The notes below the pieces were generated by a model. It had not been told where the DNA came from. It saw only the letters and a program-made list of their open reading frames with translations, and ran no database searches. A program made the translations under genes and the position numbers. A stretch of 64,000 bases of DNA from contig JAUJNQ010000001.1 of NCBI GenBank assembly GCA_030448025.1, positions 608,432 to 672,431 of the forward strand. The letters are read 5' to 3'. Position 1 is the stretch's first letter. Each line of letters begins with the position of its first letter. This DNA comes from Acidimicrobiales bacterium (GTDB taxonomy: Bacteria; Actinomycetota; Acidimicrobiia; Acidimicrobiales; GCA-2861595). Positions 1 to 9,240 of this stretch are shown one piece after another.

Positions 1-293
1 GCTCCTCCCGTTGGACGCATGGCCCAGAACCGAACCGCCTTGGGGCGCCCCCGCTGGTCGGTGTAGAAGATGTCGCCCAGGTGTGGACCCAGGTCGCAGG
101 CCAGGCCGGTCTCCTCCCGGACCTCCCGCAGGGCGCACGCCTCGTCGCTCTCATCGGGCTCGTTCTTTCCCTTGGGCAGCGACCAGTCGTCGTACTTGGG
201 GCGATGCACGAGCAGTACCTCCGTGCCTCCGGTACCGCCCTGCTCCCGGCGCCAGACCACCCCTCCGGCCGCCCTCACCCACTCTTCGCCCAC
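1..293 (-). CDS. NUDIX hydrolase (MutT1-like), 3' end cut by window edge
   Basis: Own minus-strand translation just below the ppk stop: PVGEEWVRAAGGVVWRREQGGTGGTEVLLVHRPKYDDWSLPKGKNEPDESDEACALREVREETGLACDLG. It contains the Nudix box Gx5Ex7REVxEETG. GTG at 293 is the first start after the ppk stop. Absent from the ORF track because it runs off the window. Confidence 0.7.
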   Translation of the reverse strand, partial: MGEEWVRAAGGVVWRREQGGTGGTEVLLVHRPKYDDWSLPKGKNEPDESDEACALREVREETGLACDLGPHLGDIFYTDQRGRPKAVRFWAMRPTGG

Positions 294-297
294 AGGC

Positions 298-2451
298 CTA
301 CCGGCCCGCCGCGTTGGCGCGCTCCAGAGCACGAGCCCGCAGGGACTCGTGGAGGCCCACTCCCTTGGTGGTGGTGACCTTCTTCCAATCGCAGTCCGGG
401 CTGAGCTCCCAGGAGTGGAGGTCGTCCTCGAGGGCGAGGTCGAGGATCTCCTGGAGCCGCCGGCAAAGGGCCTCTGACTCCACGGGGGTTACGGCTTCCA
501 CCCTGAGGTCGAAGTTGCGCGGCATGGCATCGGCCGAGCCGATGAAGTAGCGGACCGGCCGGTGCTCACCGTCGCCGAAGGCGAAGATCCGAGAATGCTC
601 GAGGTAGCGGCCCACGATGGAGCGCACCCTGATGTTCTCCGAGAGGCCGGGCACGCCCGGGTCGAGGCAGCAGATCCCCCGGACGATCAGGTCGATCGAC
701 ACTCCTGCCGCCGAGGCCTCGTACAGCGCGTCTATTACGGCCTTGTCGACCAGGCTGTTCATCTTCATCACGACGCGGCCGTTGGAACCGGCCTCCGTCT
801 CCCCGCCGATCAGCTCGAGCATCCTGTGGCGCAGCTCACCGGGGGCCATCAGCAGCTTTCGGTAGGACATCCGCCGGCTGTAGCCGGTGAGGAAGTTGAA
901 CATGTTGGTCAGGTCGGCGCCGAGGTCGGGGTCAGCCGACAGCAGGCCCAGGTCCTCGTAGATGCGCGCCGTCTTGGGGTTGTAGTTGCCCGTCCCCACG
1001 TGGCAGTAGCGGCGGATGCCGTCCTCCTCCTGGCGTACGACCAGTGCCGTCTTGCTGTGGGTCTTCAGGCCCAGCATGCCGTAGACCACGTGGACGCCCG
1101 CATCTTCCAGAGCACGGGCCCATGCGATGTTGGCCTGCTCGTCGAAACGGGCCTTGAGCTCCACCAGGGCGGCCACCTGCTTGCCCCGCTCGGAGGCCCG
1201 GATGAGGGCCTTGATGATAGGGCTGTCACCCGAGGTCCGGTACAGGGTCTGCTTGATGGCCAGCACGTGAGGGTCGGCAGCGGCCTGCTTGATGAAGGCC
1301 TCGACGGAGGTGGCGAACGACTCGTACGGGTGGTGGACGAGGATGTCACCCTCCCGCAAGACGGCGAAGAAATCGACGGTCCCGTCCTCGGCCCGGACCA
1401 GCCGGGGCTGGGTGACCGCGTTCCACACCTCATCCTTCAGTTGCGGTCGGTCGAGGTCGTGGACGGCCCACAGGCCGCTCAGGTCGAGCGGGGCGTGGAG
1501 CAGGTAGACGTCGTCCGAGGCCACCTCCAGCTCGTCCACCAGCAGGCCGCGCATGTCCTCGGTCATGGTGGGGTCGATCTCCAGCCGCACCGCCTTGCCG
1601 AAGCGCCGGCGTTGCAGCTCGGTCTCGAGCGCCGCCAGCAGGTCGTCCGCCTCGTCCTCCTCCAGGCTGAGGTCGGCGTTGCGGATGACGCGAAAGGGAT
1701 GGTGGGACTCGATGACCATCCCCGGGAACAGGCTGTCCAGGTGGGCGGCGATCACCTGCTCGAGGGGCACGAACCGCTCGCCGTCGGGCATGACCACGAA
1801 ACGGGGAAGGAGAGGGGGAACCTTCACCCGGGCGAACCGGCGCTCTCCGGACTTCGGATCGCGCACCATGACGGCCAGGTTGAGAGAGAGGTTGGAGATG
1901 TAGGGGAAAGGGTGGCCGGGATCGACGGAGAGGGGAGTGAGCACGGGAAAGATCCGCTCGTGGAACACCCTGACCAGGTCTTCCCGGTCGTCTTCGTCGA
2001 GCGACTCCCAGTCGGAGAGGCGGATGCCGTTGTCAGCGAGCGCCGGCACCAGCTCCTTTAGGAACGTGTGATCCTCGATCTCGGACAGCTTCCTCACTCG
2101 GGCCCTGATGCGCTCCAGCTCCTCCTGGGGCGTCAGGCCGTCGGGCGAGGTGGCGCCCACGCCGGCCACTACCTGGTCCTTGATGCCGGCCACCCGGATC
2201 TGGAAGAACTCGTCGAGGTTCTGGCTGAATATGGCCAGGAACTTGGCCCGCTCCAAAAGGGGGACGGCCTGGTCCTGGGCCAGGCTCAGGACCCTGGCGT
2301 TGAACTCGAGCCAGGAGAGATCCCGGCTCAGGTACCGGGGTGACTCGGCGCCTTCGCCCTGCTCCGCATCATCGGGAGACTCGTCCGGCTCAGAGACGTC
2401 CGTGGACGCTGAGACCTCAGTGGACATTGGGCTCAGGCTATCGATCGGCAC
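298..2451 (-). CDS. ppk1: polyphosphate kinase 1
   Basis: 717 aa. N-terminal SRDLSWLEFNARVL and FLAIFSQNLDEFF motifs. Two PLD/HKD-like catalytic regions (LKTHSKTALVV, YLEHSRIFAF). Typical PPK1 length. Confidence 0.95.
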   Translation of the reverse strand: MPIDSLSPMSTEVSASTDVSEPDESPDDAEQGEGAESPRYLSRDLSWLEFNARVLSLAQDQAVPLLERAKFLAIFSQNLDEFFQIRVAGIKDQVVAGVGATSPDGLTPQEELERIRARVRKLSEIEDHTFLKELVPALADNGIRLSDWESLDEDDREDLVRVFHERIFPVLTPLSVDPGHPFPYISNLSLNLAVMVRDPKSGERRFARVKVPPLLPRFVVMPDGERFVPLEQVIAAHLDSLFPGMVIESHHPFRVIRNADLSLEEDEADDLLAALETELQRRRFGKAVRLEIDPTMTEDMRGLLVDELEVASDDVYLLHAPLDLSGLWAVHDLDRPQLKDEVWNAVTQPRLVRAEDGTVDFFAVLREGDILVHHPYESFATSVEAFIKQAAADPHVLAIKQTLYRTSGDSPIIKALIRASERGKQVAALVELKARFDEQANIAWARALEDAGVHVVYGMLGLKTHSKTALVVRQEEDGIRRYCHVGTGNYNPKTARIYEDLGLLSADPDLGADLTNMFNFLTGYSRRMSYRKLLMAPGELRHRMLELIGGETEAGSNGRVVMKMNSLVDKAVIDALYEASAAGVSIDLIVRGICCLDPGVPGLSENIRVRSIVGRYLEHSRIFAFGDGEHRPVRYFIGSADAMPRNFDLRVEAVTPVESEALCRRLQEILDLALEDDLHSWELSPDCDWKKVTTTKGVGLHESLRARALERANAAGR

Positions 2452-3388
2452 CGTCGACGGACTCGAGGGCCACCCGCGCCGCCCCTATGGCGCCGCCCTG
2501 GTCGCCGAGCGTGGCGGGGACCACCCGCAGGGGAGCATCCTTGAGGAAGAGTTGTTCCCGGGCGGCGCTGTCCACACGCTCCACGAAGCCGGGCCCCAAG
2601 CGGTCCGCCAGCCCACCGCCCACCACCACAGTGTCCAGGTCGAGGAGGGCGACGCAGGAGGCAATGGCCGTGCCCAGAGCCGCCACCGCCTCTTCCAGCA
2701 GCTCGACGGTGACCTCGTCATCGGCAGCCAGAGCCTTGGCGAAGCTGCTCGAGGTCAGCCGGTTCTTCTTGCCCAGCTCGACCAGGAGGCTGTCCTGACC
2801 ATCGGCCGCCAGGCGCCGGGCCCGCTTCTCCATTCCCCACCTTCCGGCGTACGCCTCCAGGTGGCCGCGGCCGCCGCAGCCGCACTTGCGCGCTCCCTGG
2901 CGCACCACCATGTGCCCCAGCTCGCCGGCCACGCCGGTGGGGCCTCGTCGCAGCGCGCCGTCGAGCACGACGCCGCCGCCCACCCCGGTGCCCACGAAGA
3001 TCCCGAGGACGTCGGCGCTGCCCTGGGCGGCACCGAGGCGAAGCTCGGCGAGCGTGCCCACGTTCACGTCGTTGTCCACGGCCACCGCCAGCCCCCCGAG
3101 GCATTCGCTGACCGCCCCGCCGAGGGGGAACGGCTGGTCCCAGCCGGGAAGGTTCGGGGCTCGCTGCACGACGCCGAGGGCGTCGACGGCGCCGGGGGCG
3201 CCGATCCCCACGCCCGTCACGCCGTCGGTGCCGCCGAGCTGGCTCACCACGTCGGCGATGGCGTCGACCACGCCCATCGGCCCGCCCCGAACAGGGGTCT
3301 TGCGCTTGGCCTCCCGCACGACGTTCCCGTCGTCGAGCACCACGCCGTAGATCTTGGTGCCTCCGAGGTCGATCCCGATGTGAGACAC
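2438..3388 (-). CDS. ROK-family glucokinase
   Basis: 316 aa. IGIDLGGTKI phosphate-binding N-terminus and ROK zinc motif CGCGGRGHLEAYAG. Its stop overlaps the ppk1 start by 14 nt. Confidence 0.85.
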   Translation of the reverse strand: MSHIGIDLGGTKIYGVVLDDGNVVREAKRKTPVRGGPMGVVDAIADVVSQLGGTDGVTGVGIGAPGAVDALGVVQRAPNLPGWDQPFPLGGAVSECLGGLAVAVDNDVNVGTLAELRLGAAQGSADVLGIFVGTGVGGGVVLDGALRRGPTGVAGELGHMVVRQGARKCGCGGRGHLEAYAGRWGMEKRARRLAADGQDSLLVELGKKNRLTSSSFAKALAADDEVTVELLEEAVAALGTAIASCVALLDLDTVVVGGGLADRLGPGFVERVDSAAREQLFLKDAPLRVVPATLGDQGGAIGAARVALESVDGADR

Positions 3389-3513
3389 GGCTATTCCCGC
3401 ACGAGGGTAGAGAGCATCCCGTGAGGCTACCGGCAGGCAGGCGCGTGACTCTGGTCAAAGGGCCCGTGAGGATGGGCGGATCACACTCTGGTACGTGCCG
3501 CGCTAAGACAAGC

Positions 3514-5019
3514 GTGGTGAATCGCCTCGGAGAGCTGGTGGCAGGTGTGGACGTGGCCACCGCCGACGTCCGGGTGACCGTCTGCGACCCGGACGGCCAC
3601 GTGCGGGCCTTCGCCACCACGAGCCTCCCGGCACCCAAGCGGCCACGGCGCGGCTGGTCGGAGCAGGACCCCGCCGTGTGGTGGCCGGGCGTGGCCAAGG
3701 CGCTCCGGCAGGCCGGCGAAGCACTCGATGACGGAGACGGACGGATCGTCTCGGTCTGCGTGTCGGCCACGTCAGGCACGGTGATGCTGGCGGGTGCCGA
3801 CGGTGAGCCGTTAGGACCGGCGCTGATGTACGACGACCAGCGGGCGTCGGCGGAGGCGGAACGGGCGCAGGAGGCGGCAGCCTCGCGGTGGGAGTCCCTC
3901 GGACTGCAGGTGTCCGCGTCGTTCGGTCTGCCCAAGTGGGCCTGGCTCCTCTCCCGGACGGACGAGGCCGGCGGCAAGGTGAGGTGGGCGTGGCACGTGT
4001 CCGACCTGGTGGTGTCCAGGCTCACCGGTGGGGAGACACCCACCGACACCAGCCACGCCCTCAAGAGCGGCTACGACCCGCTGCGCCGGGAATGGGCAGA
4101 CGAGGCCATGGATGCGCTCGCGATCCCCGCCGGGGTTCTTCCCGAGGTGAGCCCGCCGACCACGCCAGTGGGAACGGTCAGCCCGGAAGCGGCGTCGAGC
4201 ACCGGACTGCCCGCCGGCTGCGAGGTGCGCCTCGGCATGACCGACAGCTGCGCCGGCCAGGTGGCGGCGGGAGCCGACCAGCCCGGCCGGTTCGTGTCGG
4301 TGCTCGGCACCACCCTCGCCCTGAAGGGCGTCACCGCCGACCTGGTGCGAGATCCCACAGGCGCGGTATACAGCCACTGGCATCCCGACGGGTGGTGGCT
4401 GCCCGGGGGCGCGTCGAACACCGGTGGGGCGGCGCTGGAGGAGCACTTCGGAGACGCCGACCTGGCCGCGTTCGACCGCCGCGCCGGCGAGCATGGTCCG
4501 GCCGGCTTCGTGTGCTACCCCCTGGTGGGATCGGGAGAGCGGTTCCCCTTCGTGCAGCCGGACGCCGAGGGCTTCCGTGAGGGATCGCCCCATAGCGACG
4601 TGGACGCCTACCGGGCGACGCTCGAGGGTGTGGCCTTCCTCGAGCGACTCGGACTCGCCCACCTGGCTGCCCTGGGCGCCCGTCTCGAGGCTCCGCTGGC
4701 CGTGGCCGGTGCCGCCAGCCGCAGCCCTACGTGGAACGCCATCCGGGCCACCACGCTCGGAGTCCCCCTGGTGGTCCCGGCCCGGGCAGAGACGTCTTTG
4801 GGCGCCTGCGTGTTGGCCGCGACGGGGAGCATTTACGAGAACCTGGCTGATGCCGTCCGGGCCATGGTCCACGTCGAGCACGAGGTAGAGCCGGTGGAGG
4901 AGGAGCGGGAGCAACTGCAGAGAAGCTACGAGCGCTTCGTACGCGCCCTCGACGAGCGAGGCTGGCTGGACCCTCTGCTGCGGGAAGCCGCGTTCACCGA
5001 GGTGGGAGAGGAACGGTGA
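3514..5019 (+). CDS. FGGY-family carbohydrate kinase (xylulokinase/glycerol-kinase-like)
   Basis: Track ORF 3421-5019. Conserved part starts VAGVDVATADV... and includes GWSEQDPAVWW. I chose the internal GTG at 3514 (residue 32), which leaves a ~125-nt divergent intergenic region with the ROK gene. The exact start is uncertain. Confidence 0.8.
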   Translation: MVNRLGELVAGVDVATADVRVTVCDPDGHVRAFATTSLPAPKRPRRGWSEQDPAVWWPGVAKALRQAGEALDDGDGRIVSVCVSATSGTVMLAGADGEPLGPALMYDDQRASAEAERAQEAAASRWESLGLQVSASFGLPKWAWLLSRTDEAGGKVRWAWHVSDLVVSRLTGGETPTDTSHALKSGYDPLRREWADEAMDALAIPAGVLPEVSPPTTPVGTVSPEAASSTGLPAGCEVRLGMTDSCAGQVAAGADQPGRFVSVLGTTLALKGVTADLVRDPTGAVYSHWHPDGWWLPGGASNTGGAALEEHFGDADLAAFDRRAGEHGPAGFVCYPLVGSGERFPFVQPDAEGFREGSPHSDVDAYRATLEGVAFLERLGLAHLAALGARLEAPLAVAGAASRSPTWNAIRATTLGVPLVVPARAETSLGACVLAATGSIYENLADAVRAMVHVEHEVEPVEEEREQLQRSYERFVRALDERGWLDPLLREAAFTEVGEER

Positions 5020-5270
5020 CCATCCCGGAGCCGCCCGGGACCGACGGCCTCTCGGAGGAGGACCGGGAGCTGATCCGCCGGGCCCATCACCGCCTGCGCA
5101 AGGCGTCTCAGGAGTTGGAGGCACTGCTTGCGCCGAGGTCCATGCGGGGACGTTGGGAGCCGGTGGTCCCACCGCCCGAGGTCATCGACGCCGTGCGCTC
5201 GGAACTGTCCGCCGCGTACCGCGAGGTTGGGCGGCTCCACCATGAGCTGTTGGGTTGGGAGCCCACGTAG
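5016..5270 (+). CDS. hypothetical small helical protein
   Basis: 84-aa ORF whose start overlaps the FGGY stop (GTGA-type overlap). Non-repetitive, charged helical-looking sequence. No family recognised. Confidence 0.35.
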   Translation: MTIPEPPGTDGLSEEDRELIRRAHHRLRKASQELEALLAPRSMRGRWEPVVPPPEVIDAVRSELSAAYREVGRLHHELLGWEPT

Positions 5271-5280
5271 TGTTCGACAG

Positions 5281-6009
5281 GTGACTGACACCCTGATCTG
5301 GATATCCGGGGCGTCCAGCGGCATCGGGAGGGCGCTGGCCGCCACCGTCCCGTGGAGCGAGGCGCGCCTCATCGACATCAGCCGGCGGGGAGCGCCCGGC
5401 GCCGAGCACGTGGAGGCCGACCTCTCCGATCCCTCGTCGTGGCCGGTCGTCGGCGAGTCCTTCGGCCGGGAGCTCGAGGGCTTCTCCGGGGAGCGGGTGG
5501 TCTTCGTGCATGCCGCCGGCACCATCCAGCCCATCGGCTTCGCCGGCGAGGTGGACACCGGGGAGTACACCCGCAACGCCGTCCTCAACAGCGTCGCACC
5601 CCAGGTGCTGGGCCACGCCTTCCTCGCCGCGGCCAAGGAGGTGGACGCCCACCGGCAGCTCCTCATGCTCACGTCCGGCGCGGCCAAGAGCGTGTACCCA
5701 GGCTGGTCGTCCTACGGCGCGGGCAAGGCGGCGGTCGACCAGTGGGTCCGCAACGTCGGCGCCGAGCAGGAGGAACGGGGCGGCGTCCGCGTGGTGGCGG
5801 TGACGCCAGGCACCGTGGACACGGGTATGCAGGAGCACATCCGTCAGGCGAGCGAACGGGACTTCCCCAAGAGGCAGAAGTTCGTCGACCTGCACGAACG
5901 CGGAGAGCTCGCCAACGCTGAGACGGTGGCCAAGGACATCTGGACCCTTCTCGACGCCGGGCTGGAGAACGGTGCGGTCATCGACCTGCGAGAGGTCACC
6001 GATCCCTGA
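5281..6009 (+). CDS. short-chain dehydrogenase/reductase (SDR)
   Basis: Internal GTG (residue 52 of track ORF 5128-6009) gives VTDTLIWISGASSGIGRA (TGxxxGxG-type glycine motif). Catalytic YGAGK (YxxxK) is present. Confidence 0.85.
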   Translation: MTDTLIWISGASSGIGRALAATVPWSEARLIDISRRGAPGAEHVEADLSDPSSWPVVGESFGRELEGFSGERVVFVHAAGTIQPIGFAGEVDTGEYTRNAVLNSVAPQVLGHAFLAAAKEVDAHRQLLMLTSGAAKSVYPGWSSYGAGKAAVDQWVRNVGAEQEERGGVRVVAVTPGTVDTGMQEHIRQASERDFPKRQKFVDLHERGELANAETVAKDIWTLLDAGLENGAVIDLREVTDP

Positions 6010-6549
6010 TCAGCTGATCGAAGACCCGGGCGTGTGCTCGTCCAGCACCAGGCCCATCATCACCGCGTCCCACAGCTCGCCGTTGCGGCGCGGATAGTGC
6101 CGTCGAAGCAAACCCTCCTGCACGAAACCGAACTTGCGATAGAGCGCAAGTGCGCCGAGGTTGTGAGGCCAGGCCTGCAGTACCAACTTGTGGGCCCCCG
6201 CCGCACGGGTCCAGGCGAGCCCGGCCTCCATCAGGGCGCTGCCCACGCCCCGCCGCCGCCACTCCTGGGCCACCAGCATCCCCAGGTCGCCCACGCCGTA
6301 GGTTCTGAGGTCGATCCACAGGTTGCCCACGAGGGCGCCACCGGCGTCGGCGACGAAGCGGGCGGCCCGCTCGCCTCCCTCCACGGTCTCGCTGATCTGA
6401 CGACGCCGGGCCACGCGGTCGACTGGGGCCTCGGTCCCTATCCATCTGCCCTCGGACGCCACGGCCTCCAGCAGGTCCAGCAGTGGCAGCACGTCACCTC
6501 GTGCGGCAGGCCGCACCACGTACTTCGAACCACCGGTTCCGGCGCTCAT
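6010..6549 (-). CDS. GNAT-family N-acetyltransferase
   Basis: C-terminal 179 aa of track ORF 6010-7347, starting MSAGTGG. Acetyl-CoA motif QEWRRRGVGSALME. The upstream part of the track ORF is antisense to the hydrolase gene and was discarded. Confidence 0.85.
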   Translation of the reverse strand: MSAGTGGSKYVVRPAARGDVLPLLDLLEAVASEGRWIGTEAPVDRVARRRQISETVEGGERAARFVADAGGALVGNLWIDLRTYGVGDLGMLVAQEWRRRGVGSALMEAGLAWTRAAGAHKLVLQAWPHNLGALALYRKFGFVQEGLLRRHYPRRNGELWDAVMMGLVLDEHTPGSSIS

Positions 6550-6609
6550 AGGCTTCGAGCCTGTCACGTATGTACTTGGCCTCTGTAAGAAGGAGGAGAG
6601 AGGAGGGCC

Positions 6610-7413
6610 ATGCCCACGGCCGGCATCGCAGGCATGACCATGAACTACGTCGACGCGGGCGCCGGCGGCGGTGGTCCGCCCGTGCTCCTCCTGCACGCCT
6701 TCCCCCTCCATTCGGGGATGTGGCAACCGCAGCTCGATGCCCTTCGGGGTCGTCACCGCCTGATCGTTCCCGATCTCAAGGGCTTCGGTGCCTCGGACGC
6801 ACCCGATGACGAATCGGCCTATTCGATGGCCAACTACGCCGACGAGGTGGCTGCGCTCCTTGCAGCCCTCGAGGTCGAAGAAGTCGTGGTAGTGGGCCTG
6901 TCCATGGGCGGGTACGTCGCCTTCTCTTTGCTCGATCGCCATCGGCCCCTGGTGACGGCGCTGGTGTTGGCCGACACTCGTGCCGGACGCGACTCGGAGG
7001 AGGTTCTCGAGCGACGGAAGGCGCAGCAGCAACGAGTGCGTGAGCAGGGCACGATGGCCGTGATCGACACCCTGGTGGACACGCTCCTGTCCGAGCACAC
7101 CCAAGAGCTCCGGCCCGAGGTAGTCGTGGAGGCCCGGCGTCTGATGGACAACCCACCGGCAGGGTTCGTGGGTGGGCTGGAGGCCATGAAGACCCGACCG
7201 GACGTCACCACTCGGCTGGGCTCGATCGACGTGCCCACGCTGGTGCTCGTCGGTGACCACGACGAGCCATCGCCGCCGGAGGTGGCCCGGGCCATGCACG
7301 AGCAGATCCCCGGATCGCGCTTCGCGGTGCTGCCCAACGCGGGGCACCTCACCAACCTCGAGGTCCCCGACGCCTTCAACCAGGCTCTGGGCGACTTCGT
7401 GAGCGACCTCTGA
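6610..7413 (+). CDS. alpha/beta-fold hydrolase
   Basis: 267 aa. LLLHAFPL oxyanion region and nucleophile elbow GLSMGGYVA (GxSxG). Confidence 0.85.
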   Translation: MPTAGIAGMTMNYVDAGAGGGGPPVLLLHAFPLHSGMWQPQLDALRGRHRLIVPDLKGFGASDAPDDESAYSMANYADEVAALLAALEVEEVVVVGLSMGGYVAFSLLDRHRPLVTALVLADTRAGRDSEEVLERRKAQQQRVREQGTMAVIDTLVDTLLSEHTQELRPEVVVEARRLMDNPPAGFVGGLEAMKTRPDVTTRLGSIDVPTLVLVGDHDEPSPPEVARAMHEQIPGSRFAVLPNAGHLTNLEVPDAFNQALGDFVSDL

Positions 7414-7429
7414 GGGACCGATCCCTCAG
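7410..7429. terminator. 8-bp stem/4-nt loop hairpin spanning both stop codons of convergent genes
   Basis: CTGAGGGA-ccga-TCCCTCAG. The TGA of the hydrolase (7411-7413) and the TGA of msrB (7426-7428, minus) lie inside the stem arms. No T-tract, so intrinsic-terminator function is only a possibility. Confidence 0.35.
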
Positions 7430-7836
7430 CCCTGCTCGCCCGACTCTGATTGCAGGTCCAACGAGACGGAGTTGATGCAGTAGCGCATCCCGGTGGGCAT
7501 CGGACCGTCGTCGAACACGTGGCCGAGATGGGACCCACACTTGGCGCACACGACCTCCGTGCGCTTCATGAAGTGGCTCCGGTCGGGGATGAGCTGGACG
7601 TTCTCGGTGTTCGCCGGCTCGGTGAAGCTCGGCCACCCTGTGCCGGAGTCGAACTTGGTGGTGGAGGTGAAGAGCTCGGCGCCGCAGCCGGCACAGAGGT
7701 AGGTGCCGTCGTCCTTGGTGTTCACGTACTTGCCCGTGAACGGGCGCTCGGTCCCCTTCTCCCGCAGCACCCGGTACTGGTCGGGACTGAGGGACTCCTT
7801 CCACTCGTCCTCGCTGCGGCTCACGTCTGGGCTCAT
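7426..7836 (-). CDS. msrB: peptide-methionine (R)-S-oxide reductase
   Basis: Starts at Met120 of track ORF 7426-8193 ([12 protein letters not shown]). Two CxxC pairs (CAGCG, CAKCG) and catalytic RYCINS motif. Confidence 0.95.
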   Translation of the reverse strand: MSPDVSRSEDEWKESLSPDQYRVLREKGTERPFTGKYVNTKDDGTYLCAGCGAELFTSTTKFDSGTGWPSFTEPANTENVQLIPDRSHFMKRTEVVCAKCGSHLGHVFDDGPMPTGMRYCINSVSLDLQSESGEQG

Positions 7837-7905
7837 GCTGGGCTCTCCTCTTCTTACGTGTTCCGTAGGGTACGTGTCCTCAACGAGCGCGAAGGGAGCG
7901 CGAGC

Positions 7906-8214
7906 ATGTCGGCTCGAGTCGAGAAGGCCCCACATGGGTCTGACCCACCCACCAGCGAGGAGCTCCGCCGAGCCTTCGAGGACGAGGGGATGAGTCCGCA
8001 GGTGTGGGGGAACGGTCCCGGCGACACCTACGGCTGGCACGCCCACGGGTACCACAAGGTGCTCTACTGCGTGTCGGGCACCATCGTGTTCCACACCAGG
8101 GGCCACGGTGACCTCGAGCTCCAGCCCGGCGACCGCCTCGACGTCGAGCCCGGAACCGAGCACGCCGCCACCGTTGGCGCGGAGGGTGTGCAATGCATGG
8201 AGGCTGCCCGCTGA
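7906..8214 (+). CDS. cupin-domain protein
   Basis: Starts at Met153 of track ORF 7450-8214 (MSARVEK). [16 protein letters not shown] and PGTEHAA resemble the two cupin motifs. Confidence 0.7.
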   Translation: MSARVEKAPHGSDPPTSEELRRAFEDEGMSPQVWGNGPGDTYGWHAHGYHKVLYCVSGTIVFHTRGHGDLELQPGDRLDVEPGTEHAATVGAEGVQCMEAAR

Positions 8215-8238
8215 GGGGTCGTTGCGCTTGGACCCGTT

Positions 8239-8514
8239 TCAGGCGAGGCGAGTGGTGAGCTCCTCGGAGTACTCGGGGAAGTAGCGCGAGATCTCGTTCA
8301 GCGAGAACTCGGGCAGGATCGACGAGGCAGGCTCGCGCTCGAGCAGGAAGGCGAAGGACTCCCGCACGACCCGCTCAAGATCGTCATCGTCGAGCTGGAG
8401 GTCGTCGACCAGGCTGTCGGGAACGGTCACCTTGTGGTTGGTCTCGGTCTCACCCTCGCGGACCTTCACACCGAACTGACGGGGACCCATGGCAATGACG
8501 GCGACGTCGGTCAT
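8239..8514 (-). CDS. hypothetical protein (co-transcribed with the poly-Asp protein)
   Basis: 91-aa ORF with non-repetitive sequence. Its ATG overlaps the stop of the upstream gene by 4 nt (8511-8514). Confidence 0.6.
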   Translation of the reverse strand: MTDVAVIAMGPRQFGVKVREGETETNHKVTVPDSLVDDLQLDDDDLERVVRESFAFLLEREPASSILPEFSLNEISRYFPEYSEELTTRLA

Positions 8515-9164
8515 CCCTCCTCGTCCTTGCCCTTGTCGCCGCCGCCGTCCTCGCCCTTGGCCCGCTCCTCCTCCTCGGCCCCCACCTCGGCCTGGGGCTC
8601 GACGTCGGCCTCGTCCTGGTCCACCTCGTCCTCGGGGCTGCTCAGCAGGTCGTCGGAGTTCTGACGGGCCTGGCTGATGCGCTCTCCGAGCTTGTCCAGC
8701 TTCTGGTCGTCGTCCTCTTCGTCGTCTTCGTCGTCGTCGTCGTCATCGTCATCGTCGTCGTCGTCGTCGTCTTCGTCGTCGTCATCGTCGTCGTCATCGT
8801 CATCGCCATCGCCATCGCCATCGCCATCGTCATCGTCGTCATCGTCATCGTCGTCATCGTCGTCGTCTTGGGCTTCGTCATCATCGTCATCGGCGGCCTG
8901 GTTGCTCTGGCCGGCACCGGACGTCTGGCCTTCGCCGTTCCCAGAGTCGTCCTCCTCGGCGGGTCCCGCCTCAGAACAGTGGGTGCAGCAGAAGGTGTTT
9001 CCGCCGTCCTTGACCCCGTGGCCCATGACCCGTACACGGCAGCGGGCGCACTGGGGCGCCATGGCGTAGACGGCGCACTCGAAGGTGTCGAAAGTGTGGC
9101 GTCCGACGTGGCGGATGACTTCGAAGGCATCCTCGCTCTCGTGGCCGCAGACCTCGCACTCCAC
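8511..9164 (-). CDS. Cys-rich (zinc-ribbon/TRASH-like) N-terminal domain fused to an extreme poly-Asp/Glu tail
   Basis: 217 aa. N-terminus MECEVCGH...FECAVYAMAPQCARCRVRVMGHGV..NTFCCTHCSE has 8 Cys in CxxC-type pairs. Residues ~92-152 are almost pure Asp with a (GD)4 insert. The C-terminal tail is still acidic. Confidence 0.7.
   Translation of the reverse strand: MECEVCGHESEDAFEVIRHVGRHTFDTFECAVYAMAPQCARCRVRVMGHGVKDGGNTFCCTHCSEAGPAEEDDSGNGEGQTSGAGQSNQAADDDDDEAQDDDDDDDDDDDDDDGDGDGDGDDDDDDDDDDEDDDDDDDDDDDDDDEDDEEDDDQKLDKLGERISQARQNSDDLLSSPEDEVDQDEADVEPQAEVGAEEEERAKGEDGGGDKGKDEEG
8709..8891. repeat. (GAC/GAT)n trinucleotide tract encoding the poly-Asp run
   Basis: Plus strand reads (GTC/ATC)n with a GCCATC x4 block. 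Coordinates come from residue counting. Confidence 0.8.
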
Positions 9165-9240
9165 CGTGGCTTCCTCCCTTTTCCGTCGAGCCCGCCTACC
9201 CTACGGGGCGCGCCCTCCTTCTGCCCGGGCGCCGGTGGCC

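Noticed and set aside
562-2061. Long antisense or off-frame ORFs throughout the window (e.g. 562-2061 +, 2718-4064 -, 3811-5172 -, 11110-12729 -, 12018-13445 -, 14256-15233 -, 28661-29893 +, 46714-48438 -, 57601-58809 -, 59390-60625 -)
   Set aside because: They overlap genes with clear family motifs on the other strand or frame. They are Arg/Pro/Gly/Ala-rich with no motifs. Long stop-free stretches are expected in high-GC DNA.
6007-6012. TGATCA palindrome formed by abutting stop codons of the convergent SDR and GNAT genes
   Set aside because: It is just two adjacent stop codons (TGA / TCA complement) with zero intergenic distance. There is no extended hairpin or other signal to support a regulatory element.
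8677-9069. Poly-serine ORF (130 aa) on the plus strand
   Set aside because: It is the antisense of the (GAC)n tract. The minus-strand reading has a structured Cys-rich N-terminal domain, a defined start and a 4-nt coupled downstream gene, so the poly-Asp reading is preferred.
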